Positions 1 to 10,609 of a stretch of DNA of 48,562 nt are shown piece after piece. Numbering within the stretch: the stretch's first letter is position 1; each line of letters starts with the position of its first letter. The position numbers were made by a program, and so were the translations under genes. This DNA is from Nemertoderma westbladi (taxonomy: Eukaryota > Animalia > Xenacoelomorpha): positions 1 through 48,562 of the forward strand of contig JAUCBJ010007567.1 of assembly GCA_032718475.1 (NCBI GenBank), in the 5' to 3' direction. The notes under the pieces are model-generated. The model did no database searches, was not told the DNA's origin, and saw only the letters and a program-made list of their open reading frames with translations.

Positions 1-980
1 GCGTGGGCGTTGATTTCGACCTATCCCAGAGCTACTGAACTGAATTTCCTATCTCTATGCTCATCCTCTGTGTTGAACGGGGCTTCGTGGAATAAGGGTA
101 GTTGGTATCCTCGTATAGTTATTCTAGTCATATGATTCTTCATATGATTCTGTTGTTATGTTCCCATTTTTCGCCATAACACCGGCTTTTGGGAAGAACT
201 CCAGTAAAACTGCTTAAATTATCGAAAGTACAACTGTTACCCCGGCGGTCTTAACTTACCTAAATCACTTAATTTAACTGCACTAATCATATTGTTTGTA
301 CTGTTATTTACCGTCAGTTATTAATTGTATCTATTTGTTGATGAAATATTGCCCTTTGGAGAATACGGATAAATCACCCAAATTTCCCAATTTTCTTGAT
401 ACACTACAGGTTAGAGAGACAGGCTATATATAACAATTGCGATTTATATTAATGTGGTGTGTATTGAATCTAATGTTATTTAGCAGACCCTACATGAGTC
501 AATTACTGCTCTCTTTATGTGTGATCAAATATATTGACGGTCGGCAGAATAGTGTGCATGATTGTGATTGGTAACAAAGTATTTCCCAAAGAATACGCCT
601 TATACTTTAATCATAAGCGGTATCGTTGCGTTTAGTATAAGTCCTAGTTCTGTTTAAATAGATAGAGCGCCACGTCCTAAAGGAACTGTTAATATTTCCC
701 GAAAGCCAATAATATCTGTCAGAAATTAATTATTAACGATCTATCGAATAATACAGTAGGTTTACACTGCAACCTTACACTGCAATAATAAAATTTAAGC
801 ATCCGAATTCAGCCTCCCGGGTGTAGATCCATCGGGTGAATGATCGCGCATGGGCTGACTTCGGCTAATGTTTTGTGTATTAGCATAAAATATTGTCGTA
901 TGCTAAAGGTGTTTTAATTAACTAAAAGACATATAAATTTTGGCAGGTTAAACTGCTAAAGGTCTTCAAAAGCGCGAACA
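1..980 (+). mobile_element. 3' part of a BEL/Pao-type LTR (probable solo or truncated LTR)
   Basis: Ends ...AAAAGCGCGAACA at 980, like the end of the TSD-defined BEL LTR at 39014 (...AAAAGCGCTAACA). A diverged inverted copy starts at 14117 (shared AATATTAACAGTTCCTTTAGGACGTGGCGC and TGACTCATGTAGGGTCT blocks). Confidence 0.55.
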
Positions 981-1047
981 ACTACTACTAGGTCAAGCAA
1001 CTCGGACAGTGGAAATGAGATCCTTCCAGGCTTCCCGATTCTCCATA
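981..1047 (-). mobile_element. Short 3'-end fragment of RTE LINE family B with (TAG)n tail
   Basis: Near-identical to 4750-4816 (CTACTACTAGGTCGAGCGAACTCGGACAGTGGAAATGAGATCC...). Confidence 0.85.
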
Positions 1048-1337
1048 CAGATTCTCAAAAGAAGCCAGCGCCTTGACAACCTTCCTCACCCCCTGTGGAA
1101 GATACCAATATCTACGGATCCAATGGGCCTATCAAGCGCAGGGGACGAACATGATTCTAGAGGTGATGATGCCTTAGATGGTATGGATAACATTAAAAAG
1201 GTCGTGGAAGATATTATCATATATGACTCAAATGAATCAGATCATGAACAGCACGTCCGTTCTATATTGAAACGCCTTAAGGAAACAGTAATTACCCTTA
1301 ACAAACGGAAATTTGTATACTGAGAACCACAGGTCGA

Positions 1338-3482
1338 ATGGTGTGGTTTCCTAATCAATGGAGACGGGTACACAGTAAACCGAACACTTACATATGCGCT
1401 CCGCAGATTCCCAGAACCAAAGTCATCAACAGACATAAGGTCATTCTGCGGTCTAATACAGCAGCTTCATTTACCACTGAATTAGCACAGCCACTAACAG
1501 CATTGACATCTACTAAAACACCATTCCTGTGGGAAGCAGATCAAAAAAACGCATTCAAATCTATAATTGATTTTCTCGTATCACCAAGGGTTCTTACTAA
1601 TTATCGCCCAGGAGCATCATTGCGTTTAGAAACTGACGCCGCCCAAACTAAAGGATTAGGATTTGCTTTGTGGCAAGAAGAGGGGGGCGACAAGTGGAAG
1701 CTCTTACAATGTGGATCAAGGACACTAACTGCAACAGAAATCCGATATTCAGCCACTGAAGTGGAACTACTCGGTGTTGTGTGGGCAATACACAAATGTA
1801 AAATGTTCCTCCAAGGCACTACATTCGACTTAGTAGTAGACCATAAACCATTAGTTGCTATTATAAACGGTAAAACTTTAGACCAAATTAAAACGCCTAG
1901 AATAATTCGTCTCAAAGAGAAATTAGCTAACTTCCGACCGAGAGCAATCTGGAGGCAGGGGATAGCGCATACAGTAGTAGATGTTCTGTCCAGACACCCC
2001 ATTGTACACCCAACTATTGATGATGACTACTTGGATACTGACGACATCGAAGAAATGGTGAACACGGTTGTCGGCAACTCGTCAGCAAAAATTAACGCAA
2101 TACTAGCTACCGACCCTGCTGACAATAGAGCGGAAACCAAAAGTCAGATCAGCAATAACTCAATAAAAATAAACACCATCGATATGGCGTGGCAAAAGGT
2201 AAAGAAAAGTGCTGCAGGTGATGCCACATACTGTGAATTATTGAAAATTGTAAAAAATGGGTTTCCTCAAAATAAACACCTCGTTTCTATTAATTGTCGC
2301 CCATATTGGATTTATCGTAATGCACTTTCGGCATTCGACGGCATTGTCATGTATGGTGAAGAACGTATAGTCATACCAGAAACCATGAGAAAAGACATAT
2401 TACTCGGATTACACGCAGCCCATCAGGGCAGAGATCGGACACTCAGGAGAGCTAGGCAATGTGTTTTTTGGCCTGGAATTACAAACGATGTCGCAACAAT
2501 GGTCGCCAGCTGCAACGATTGCGAATTGAATAAATCCAGTAACCACAAAGAACCCCTAATGTCAGATAACAAAGCCAGCCGCTCAGGTGAAGCAATATCT
2601 GCAGATTTGTTTAGCTACGCCGCCAAATCATTTCTCGTCATAGTCGATAAATATTCAGGGTGGATCGATGTGTTTGATTGTGGACACGGTGGAGTTGACA
2701 CATTCACAGTTCTCAAGAAATTTCGCATTTGGCTCGCATATATGGGTGTGCCAATTCGAGCTACCACGGACGGGGGACCGCAGTTCAGGACCAACTTTGG
2801 AAATTTCTGCAAAGAGTGGGGTATTCATCATGACCCATCCTCCCCATATAATCACGAAGCAAATGGTTATGCAGAGTCCGCGGTAAGAACTATAAAGGAC
2901 ATCATAAAGAAAACATCCCCAAATGGCGACATTACAACTAATCGTTTCGCCAACGCTTTATTGGAATTAAGAAATACCCCACGCTCAGATGGACTCAGTC
3001 CAGCACAACGTGTAGTTGGTAGACAAATCAAAGGTCAGTTACCAGTTCCAGAAAGAGCTCTCAAAAGAACCTGTGAAGATACGTTTGCTGTCGCTGACAA
3101 GAAGGTAGACGAAATTCGCTCGAACTCGAAGGAGTACTATGACAGGGGAAGCCGAAATTTAAAGAATTTCCCAGAAGGAACACGCGTGAGAATACAAAAC
3201 CCCCAGACTAAGCGCTGGGAGTTATTTGGAACTATCGTCCGTAGCGTCGGAAGGGGACGGGCCTATTCAATCCAGGCTGACAATGGCAGACTCTATTGGA
3301 GAAACAGACGCTTCCTCCGAAAATTAACCAACAAAAATATTTCGGCACGATCCGTAGATGACATAGAGACAAGCCTAAAGACGAACGAAAACGAAGGTAA
3401 CGATAATGAGTGGATTACAGTGCGTCGAAGTAAACGTTCACGGAATATCCCGGATAGACTGACATATACTCATTTGAATTGA
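1338..3482 (+). CDS. pol: Gypsy Pol C-terminal part: RNase H (TDAA..GLGFAL, YSATEVELLGVVWA, VDHKPL), integrase zinc finger (LHAAHQG..C..C) and core (SADLF, TDGGPQF, NGYAESAV)
   Basis: Motifs read from the translated ORF. The first ~40 aa are out of the true frame (frameshifts and a stop upstream). Confidence 0.9.
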   Translation: MVWFPNQWRRVHSKPNTYICAPQIPRTKVINRHKVILRSNTAASFTTELAQPLTALTSTKTPFLWEADQKNAFKSIIDFLVSPRVLTNYRPGASLRLETDAAQTKGLGFALWQEEGGDKWKLLQCGSRTLTATEIRYSATEVELLGVVWAIHKCKMFLQGTTFDLVVDHKPLVAIINGKTLDQIKTPRIIRLKEKLANFRPRAIWRQGIAHTVVDVLSRHPIVHPTIDDDYLDTDDIEEMVNTVVGNSSAKINAILATDPADNRAETKSQISNNSIKINTIDMAWQKVKKSAAGDATYCELLKIVKNGFPQNKHLVSINCRPYWIYRNALSAFDGIVMYGEERIVIPETMRKDILLGLHAAHQGRDRTLRRARQCVFWPGITNDVATMVASCNDCELNKSSNHKEPLMSDNKASRSGEAISADLFSYAAKSFLVIVDKYSGWIDVFDCGHGGVDTFTVLKKFRIWLAYMGVPIRATTDGGPQFRTNFGNFCKEWGIHHDPSSPYNHEANGYAESAVRTIKDIIKKTSPNGDITTNRFANALLELRNTPRSDGLSPAQRVVGRQIKGQLPVPERALKRTCEDTFAVADKKVDEIRSNSKEYYDRGSRNLKNFPEGTRVRIQNPQTKRWELFGTIVRSVGRGRAYSIQADNGRLYWRNRRFLRKLTNKNISARSVDDIETSLKTNENEGNDNEWITVRRSKRSRNIPDRLTYTHLN

Positions 3483-3526
3483 CTGACTATTTCCCACTAA
3501 ACTCATTGTTGGGGTAAAGGGGGGCA

Positions 3527-3675
3527 TGGTATAGTATCAACTAACTCATATAACATATAATTTATCTGGTGGTGGTGTAACGTTTAACATTATATAATAT
3601 ATTTGTCATTTGTTGAGATAAAAATAATGTTTAAGATTAAAACAATAAACTACGTATTATAACCAAACTATACTA
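3527..3675 (+). repeat. Short 3' LTR of the Gypsy element
   Basis: Starts TGGTATAG right after the PPT; ends CTATACTA (1 mismatch to the inverse CTATACCA); contains AATAAA; RTE sequence begins at 3676. Confidence 0.65.
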
Positions 3676-3971
3676 ATTGTGTCAAGTACAATGCACACAT
3701 CTCCAACCAGACACTATATAACATTGGAGGTGTCTCATTGGTTCCCCAAAGCTTGACACTAGAACAAAATCGCCTCCGCTTTGCAGGACATTGCTTTCGC
3801 CGTGAGGACCAGCCAATGCATAATCTTGTGCTTTGGCAGCCTCATGGAGTGAATAAGTATGGTGGACAGCCCATGACTTTCTTGAGACGCATCTTAAAGG
3901 ACACTGGCCTTAAAGATGCAGATGATCTAGCAAATGTCATGGGTGATAGGGAGTTGTGGCGGTGCAATTTG
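3676..3971 (+). mobile_element. RTE LINE family A 3' fragment
   Basis: Near-identical to 7012-7306 (RLRFAGHCFRRED..LVLWQP). Confidence 0.9.
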
Positions 3972-4231
3972 TAGTCTAATAGTCTAGTAAAGGTTGAATA
4001 AGCGCATTGCACAAAATACGCTGTAGTCTAGGAGAAAATAGATTCTGTAGAGGAACTTCAACCGCGAGTTTGCTTTTTTCACTATTTCGTTATCATGCAT
4101 GCCTTCGCCATTGAGTAAGACTCTCATTTACCCATGGGTTCTGGCGCATCGTAAAGAGTCATTAGGTCCCTTAGGTCCCATGCAGATTAAGATCCCACCT
4201 AGGTGTTGTAGTGGTTCCATTTAATTCACAT

Positions 4232-4420
4232 CTATGAGGTCGTGGGTTTAACCCACGCATTGGCCAAGGCAGTTTTCGTTTCGACACGAATGCTTTAAAG
4301 GTGCCAGCCAGGGCGCATCTCTGCCTTGCATCCTTCAGTGGTAGGAAAATGAGTATTGGAGTTTCCTCTGGGGAGTAGAGTTCTGGGGTGACCGCACTGG
4401 AAATAAGTCGTCAGACTTTG
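4232..4420 (+). mobile_element. Candidate tRNA-derived SINE fragment
   Basis: B-box-like GGTCGTGGGTTTAACCC and a core GCCTTGCATCCTTCAGTGGTAGGAAAATGAGTA resembling the Meta/Sauria-type SINE core (recalled from memory); boundaries uncertain. Confidence 0.4.
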
Positions 4421-4638
4421 TGGAAGTCAGCCGAAGTGAACTTACTTCACTTAAGAAGGCGGGATATAAAGGTTGATAATCTGGATTATATCCGCTAATG
4501 TTGTGTCGAGATTATCCGTATTGACGAATCTGCCACTGTAATCGGACAGTTTGGACATTTGAGACTAAACGCGGTATCTTAACGAAGTGAGTGAGTAGCG
4601 TTAAGTAGATATTATTAAGTAGAACAGGAGTACCACCA

Positions 4639-5571
4639 TCATACAAATCTACAAAAAAATTCAAAACAATATTTATAACGAAAATAAAAACAGATAAAAA
4701 TGCAGTTTACATTTTGGTCCTTATAATGATGTCTAACCATGATTCTACTACTACTACTAGGTCGAGCGAACTCGGACAGTGGAAATGAGATCCTTCCAGG
4801 CTTCCGATTCTCCATAGTTGTCGCAATTTCGTTTCTCCCAAGTTCAGTATCCCTTTCAAGTTGATCTATATATGTTATGGCAGGTCGTCCACGACTACGC
4901 TTTCCATGAGTTGGTTGCCAGAGAAGTAGATCTGGTATGACCTCGTCTTTACTTCGCCAGCAGTGCCCACTGAATCTTAATCTGCGTTCACGGAGGGTGG
5001 TTGATACAGGTGGTATTGTACCATAAAGCTCGGCGTTTGTCATGTGTTGTCTCCAGCTGATGTTTAGGGCTGCCCTTAGTAGTCTTGTGTAGCAACCATC
5101 AATTTGTTGTTCAAGTGATTTAGTCAGTGTCCAGGTCTCACCCCCGTATAAAAATATACTTTCCACTGTGGCTCGAAAGAACTTAGTCTTCAGGTGCCTG
5201 GAGAGATATGATTTCCAGATGGTATCCATTTTTGATAGAGCTACCCAAGCCTTTGCTTTCCTAACTTCTATGTCCTTTTTGCTACTCTCTATCCATGATC
5301 CAAGGTACTGGAAGTCATCGACCTTCCTTAGTTGATTAATATCAATGGTTGTCAAGTTTCCTTCAACATTAAAGGTCATGAATTCGGTCTTGGTAGCATT
5401 TATATGCAATCCAACCTCCTTAGCAGCCCTCTCCACTTTATTTAGTAGAAGCTGTGCATCTGCTAGCGTATTAGAGAGCAGGGCGATGTCATCCGCAAAG
5501 TCGGTGTCCGTGACTGTAGTTGCCGGATCTACTACTTCTGCGTTCTTGAAGTGTGAATCCCAGATCTTCAC
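4639..5571 (-). pseudogene. RTE-B reverse transcriptase, C-terminal half
   Basis: DTDFADDIALLS, FQYLGSWI, RRLRFSGHCWR motifs; frameshift near 5527; ORF runs through the tail into flanking DNA. Confidence 0.9.
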
Positions 5572-5619
5572 CCTTTGTGGCCGTCCTCATTGCGTAATCC
5601 AGCACAATTACAAATAGTA

Positions 5620-7376
5620 TGGGCGGAAAAGCCAACCAACCACCAAGGTTAAGGCTGAATCACCAGCCGATCGCCTCAATGGTTGGAAAGCCCATTTTGA
5701 AAAGCTCCTCAATAATGACAGGGTATTGCCTGATAACTTTATAGAAGTAAAAGTGTCTGAGTCTGTACTCCCAGATATTCCCATTGGCGATATCTCCTTT
5801 GCAGAAGTGAAGGCTGCTGCAAAGTGCATTAAGACCAATCGTGCCAGTGGAGTAGATGGTGTTCCCCCTGAGGTCTTTAAAATACCTGAGTGTTTAAAGC
5901 TCATCTATCCCATCATAGTAGACATGTACCGAACAACAAGAGTCCCACAAGAAATGAAAACAAATAAGTTGGTGCCAGTTCCCAAGAAGGGCAACCTAAC
6001 ACTATGGTTCTTTTCGGGGAATCTCATTGATCTCGATTGCTGCAAAGCTATACAATAGGATTCTATTAAATCGCATCAGGGATCCCATTGAGAGACTGCT
6101 CCGTGGAAATCAGAATGGGTTCCGTAAAGGTCGTGGGACCATGGAGCCCATTTTGGCACTTAGAAGGATAATTGAAGAATTATCAAAAAAGAAAGACAGG
6201 CATCTGGCTGTTATCTTTGTTGACTTCTTCAAGGCCTTTGATTCAGTCTCTCGCTCACGTATGTTCAGCATACTTTCATTATATGGGATTCCTGATGAAA
6301 TTATTGCAGCAATCAGATCAGTATACGATGGTTCGACAACATTTGTGTCTACTGTTGACGGTGACACAGAACCATTTGAAGTGTTATGGGGCGTCCTCCA
6401 AGGAGACACACTTGCACCATTCTTGTTCATTATTGTGGTTGACTATGTTCTACGCATGTCCTTAGATCATCATAATGATGATGGGGTGATGATAACTCCA
6501 CCTACTGGCTCCAGAAGTCGAGGAAATCCTGCCAAGTACCTAACTGATCTAGACTTTGCTGATGACTTAGGAGTACTCTCAGAATCATTAGAGGGAGCCC
6601 AACGGCTCCTCAGCTCATTAGAACATGCTGCTTCTAGTGTTGGTCTTTTTATTAACTCCAGAAAGACCAAAATTCTGACCGTTAACTTTGAAAGTCCTCA
6701 GCAAGTCTCTGATCGGATGAGCATAAGCTCAAAGGATGGTATGCTTGAGCATGTGGACGACTTCTGTTACCTGGGATCATGGATCCGGAAGTCAGGTGAG
6801 GACCTTCGAATACGTAAGGGAAAGGCATGGGCAGCCTTGAATAGGCTTTCCAAGATTTGGAAATCACCGAGAATTAATCGGAAACTTAAGGTCCGATTAT
6901 TTAGAGCAGCAGTAGTTCCAGTACTCCTCTACGGGAGTCCATGCTGGGCTCTAACTGCTGATGACACCAAATCTCTGGATGGCACATTCACAAGAATGCT
7001 ACGCCGGGTTCATTGTGTCAAGTACAATGCACACATCTCCAACCAGACACTATATAACATTGGAGGTGTCTCATTGGTTCCCCCAAGCTTGACACTAGAA
7101 CAAAATCGCCTCCGCTTTGCAGGACATTGCTTTCGCCGTGAGGACCAGCCAGTGCATAATCTTGTACTTTGGCAGCCTCATGGAGTGAATAAGCATGGTG
7201 GACAGCCCATGACTTTCTTGAGACGCATCTTAAAGGACACTGGCCTTAAAGATGCGGATGATCTAGCAAATGTCATGGGTGATAGGGAGTTGTGGCGGTG
7301 CAATTTTGTTGACAAGCCGGCACAGCACTCTTAAAAATGCAGCTGCAATGCAGCATGCCGATCCTAGTAGTAGTAG
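5620..7376 (+). mobile_element. RTE LINE family A, 5'-truncated, nested in RTE-B
   Basis: 33-bp TSD TCATTGCGTAATCCAGCACAATTACAAATAGTA at 5587-5619 and 7377-7409; (TAG)4 tail 7365-7376. Confidence 0.95.
6027..7334 (+). CDS. RTE-A reverse transcriptase (N-terminal part continues in frameshifted ORF 5726-6058)
   Basis: QNGFRKGR, FVDFFKAFDSV, GVLQGDTLAPFLF, LDFADD, FCYLGS, RLRFAGH motifs. Confidence 0.9.
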   Translation: MISIAAKLYNRILLNRIRDPIERLLRGNQNGFRKGRGTMEPILALRRIIEELSKKKDRHLAVIFVDFFKAFDSVSRSRMFSILSLYGIPDEIIAAIRSVYDGSTTFVSTVDGDTEPFEVLWGVLQGDTLAPFLFIIVVDYVLRMSLDHHNDDGVMITPPTGSRSRGNPAKYLTDLDFADDLGVLSESLEGAQRLLSSLEHAASSVGLFINSRKTKILTVNFESPQQVSDRMSISSKDGMLEHVDDFCYLGSWIRKSGEDLRIRKGKAWAALNRLSKIWKSPRINRKLKVRLFRAAVVPVLLYGSPCWALTADDTKSLDGTFTRMLRRVHCVKYNAHISNQTLYNIGGVSLVPPSLTLEQNRLRFAGHCFRREDQPVHNLVLWQPHGVNKHGGQPMTFLRRILKDTGLKDADDLANVMGDRELWRCNFVDKPAQHS

Positions 7377-8316
7377 TCATTGCGTAATCCAGCACAATTA
7401 CAAATAGTAATGGTGCTAATGTGTCACCTTGCAGTACGCCAGCCAGGATTGAGAAAAACTCAGTTTCACCATCTGGTGAGAGTACCTGCGCTTCTGTGTC
7501 ACAATATAACAATCCAATGCCAGCAACAATTACTTCTGGTATTCCATAAGCTCTCAGGATTTCAAGCATTTTACCTCTATGGATGGAGTCGAATGCCTTC
7601 TTGAAGTCCACAAAAGTCATGACTGCGGGGAGATTCTTTGACTTAATTCCTTCAATCAGTCTCCGTAGTGCAAGTATCTGAGCTATTGTTGATCTACTTG
7701 GTCGAAATCCGTTTTGGCTCTTACGCAGTAGTTTCTCTATGTGAGGCCTAATCCTATATAGAATCATTTTATTGTATATTTTGGCAGCTACCACAAGCAG
7801 ACAGATCCCACGATAGTTTGTTGGTATGCCGAGGTCTCCTTTCTTGGGGAGAGGCTTTAGTTTACCTTTAGTCCAAATTGGTGGTGGCTTTTCCCCTTTT
7901 AACATCCGGTTGCAAACATTCAATAATGGTCTATTTAGCACTCCGGTTTTCCATACCTCCGCTGGGATTTCATCTAATCCACTCGCTTTATTATTGGACA
8001 TGCTTTTAATGCTTCTTTGGAGTTCGGCAGGTGTGAAGTCCCCTGTTTCTATAGGTAGTGTCTTGTCATATATTTTCCTTGTAGGGCTGACCTCGATGTT
8101 TGGTGGCTGCCCAAGCAAGTTGCTGAAGTGATTTTTCCACTTCCCAACACGTTCTTCAGGACTATCGGCTTTGAGGCGCCCCTTTGCACAACTTTTCCGA
8201 CCAGATACCTCATTTACAGTTTGCCAGGTAAGTCTTGATTGTTGCTGTATGTGAGCAGTTGTAATTGCTTCAGTTTTATCCTGTATGTACTTTTCCTGGC
8301 TGATGTTGTAGGCCAA
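7377..8316 (-). pseudogene. RTE-B reverse transcriptase, N-terminal half
   Basis: KASGLDEIPAEVWK, NYRGICLL, QNGFRPSRST, FVDFKKAFDSI, GVLQGDTLAP motifs; cut by the RTE-A insertion. Confidence 0.9.
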
Positions 8317-8527
8317 TTTAGGTTGGTTCTTCTTTCTTCTCTGTTTTCTGTTCCAGTCGCCAATTTATCGACCCCAGCCTGGTGTACCACTGAGGGACGC
8401 GGTCCTTGTTGACCCGGGCGACGACCGAGCCGGTATTTCTCCTGGAGGGTTCTCATACTCATATCTTTCAGTTGCGGGAGTAAACCGCTTGTGGTCGCAA
8501 CTCCTACAAGCGTCTTCGCAGTAGGTC

Positions 8528-8637
8528 GCCGTTGGTTGATTACCTTCCGCCGACCTTGTCAGCATGTCTAGCCGTTGGTTGATTACCTTCCGCCGACCTT
8601 GTCAGCATGTCTAGCCGTTGGTTGATTACCTTCCGCC
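8528..8637. repeat. 43-bp tandem repeat (~2.5 copies) in the RTE-B 5'UTR
   Basis: Unit GCCGTTGGTTGATTACCTTCCGCCGACCTTGTCAGCATGTCTA read directly. Confidence 0.9.
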
Positions 8638-8977
8638 TATCCATGGCCTACAGCCCTGCTGCCGACTGTAGGGGTCCATTTGTTACACCCTGAACCAAGT
8701 GTGCCTCCTGGGTTAGGTTACCTAACACTGGTAGAGGAGCATCCAGTATAGACAGGGCGGGGCTTGTATCATCTCTAATGCAGATGCGTATCGAGCCTTT
8801 GCCTTCAATGGTGCCCTAGGCGCTATAGCCCTCAATGACTTATTTAGTTGACGGGGCTGAACCAACCCACTCTTGATCAACTAAATAATGAATAGGCTAT
8901 GCTTATCGGGCCTGCCCTACTGGGCTGGGAGCTACAGGTAGTACCACATTACTGCCATAGTGGTAGCAGGATCTGGG

Positions 8978-9043
8978 GACCTGACCTGACCTGACCTGAC
9001 CTGACCTGACCTGACCTGACCTGACCTGACCTGACCTGACCTG
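8978..9043. repeat. (GACCT)n microsatellite, ~13 copies
   Basis: Read directly. Confidence 0.95.
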
Positions 9044-9090
9044 AACCATGATTCAACAGAATTAAAAGTATCTTAAATTACCTCATGGCA

Positions 9091-9300
9091 ACAGTAGGAC
9101 CCAATACTACATGACCTAATACAGTAGGACCCAATACTACATGACCTAATACAGTAGGACCCAATACTACATGACCTAATACAGTAGGACCCAATACTAC
9201 ATGACCTAATACAGTAGGACCCAATACTACATGACCTAATACAGTAGGACCCAATACTACATGACCTAATACAGTAGGACCCAATACTACATGACCTAAT
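9091..9300. repeat. 30-bp minisatellite, 7 perfect copies
   Basis: Unit ACAGTAGGACCCAATACTACATGACCTAAT, itself a dimer of two related 15-mers. Confidence 0.95.
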
Positions 9301-9918
9301 GCCAAGGACCTAACGGTAATGCAGATAGAAAATTCTGGGGATATATCGTAAAATTGTATTATGAAAACTCTTAGAAATAATTTTATTATCATAACTCATT
9401 ATTAATTAATACTGTATGAGGCATGGGTATAAAATTAATTATTCAATTAATAATTAATTATAATAATTATTAATATTAATTATTATATTAATAATTAATT
9501 ATTAATAATTATGAATAATTCCATTAATGTAATTATTCCATTAACTTAAAATAAATTCCACACGATAATCACTTTCATCTTACTAACTTACATTAATTAC
9601 TTATTTGATTAAATTGATTGTTAGAAATCGTTAATTAAAATAATTATAAAGAATGACTCCTGGAATGTTAAAAAATATGATAATTAATAATGAAATAAAG
9701 CATAATAATTAAATAAAGCATACATAAAGTGCTGAATTATTGAATATAGATAATTCAATATTTTGTTATTGTCTGAGTTCAGCTCTGCGTAAGTCCGTAA
9801 GTACGATATATCAAACACAATATAATATTATATAATAACTATATCTACTGTAGTTAGTAACGGCTCTGGCTAATCATAACTGTTTGTTACTATTAATATT
9901 ATTATTATTAAGTAAAGC

Positions 9919-10574
9919 TAATCTAAGTAATGATAAGAGTTATTGATAGATGAACTCATTAAGTTCGCACGGTAATCTAAGTAATGATAAGAGTTATTGA
10001 TAGATGAACTCATTAAGTTCGCACGGTAATCTAAGTAATGATAAGAGTTATTGATAGATGAACTCATTAAGTTCGCACGGTAATCTAAGTAATGATAAGA
10101 GTTATTGATAGATGAACTCATTAAGTTCGCACGGTAATCTAAGTAATGATAAGAGTTATTGATAGATGAACTCATTAAGTTCGCACGGTAATCTAAGTAA
10201 TGATAAGAGTTATTGATAGATGAACTCATTAAGTTCGCACGGTAATCTAAGTAATGATAAGAGTTATTGATAGATGAACTCATTAAGTTCGCACGGTAAT
10301 CTAAGTAATGATAAGAGTTATTGATAGATGAACTCATTAAGTTCGCACGGTAATCTAAGTAATGATAAGAGTTATTGATAGATGAACTCATTAAGTTCGC
10401 ACGGTAATCTAAGTAATGATAAGAGTTATTGATAGATGAACTCATTAAGTTCGCACGGTAATCTAAGTAATGATAAGAGTTATTGATAGATGAACTCATT
10501 AAGTTCGCACGGTAATCTAAGTAATGATAAGAGTTATTGATAGATGAACTCATTAAGTTCGCACGGTAATCTAA
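9919..10574. repeat. 54-bp minisatellite, 12 perfect copies plus 8 bp
   Basis: Unit TAATCTAAGTAATGATAAGAGTTATTGATAGATGAACTCATTAAGTTCGCACGG. Confidence 0.97.
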
Positions 10575-10609
10575 TACAGCAGCAGGTGGGATAATATCTC
10601 TCAATTAAT

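Larger units (their letters stand above)
1048..3675 (+). mobile_element. Ty3/Gypsy LTR retrotransposon (Mag-like), 5'-truncated: RT fragment, RNase H, integrase, PPT, 3' LTR
   Basis: Frameshifted RT motifs TTFLTPCGRYQY / PMGLSSAGDE / VVEDIIIY at ~1080-1220; RNase H and integrase in ORF 1338-3482; purine tract 3511-3526 followed by TGGTATAG. Confidence 0.9.
4746..9043 (-). mobile_element. RTE LINE family B, 5'UTR to tail, endonuclease deleted, interrupted by an RTE-A copy
   Basis: 11-bp TSD AACCATGATTC at 4735-4745 and 9044-9054; (TAG)n tail at ~4746-4760; RT halves in ORFs 7273-8316 and 4639-5571. Confidence 0.9.

Noticed and set aside
1601-8131. Many short antisense ORFs overlapping pol and RT genes
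   Set aside because: Shadow frames of the real TE coding strands.
8400-8977. HDV-like ribozyme in the RTE 5'UTR (CGG-TCGTCGC-CCG resembles P3/L3)
   Set aside because: I could not fit P1, P1.1 and P2 by eye; it needs a descriptor search.
9091-10574. CRISPR-like arrays
   Set aside because: Units are head-to-tail identical with no unique spacers, there are no cas genes, and the context is eukaryotic.
9918-10604. 228-aa repeat protein (also the 104-aa ORF 9078-9392)
   Set aside because: An open frame follows from a unit length divisible by 3; non-ATG start and out of frame with the upstream exon.
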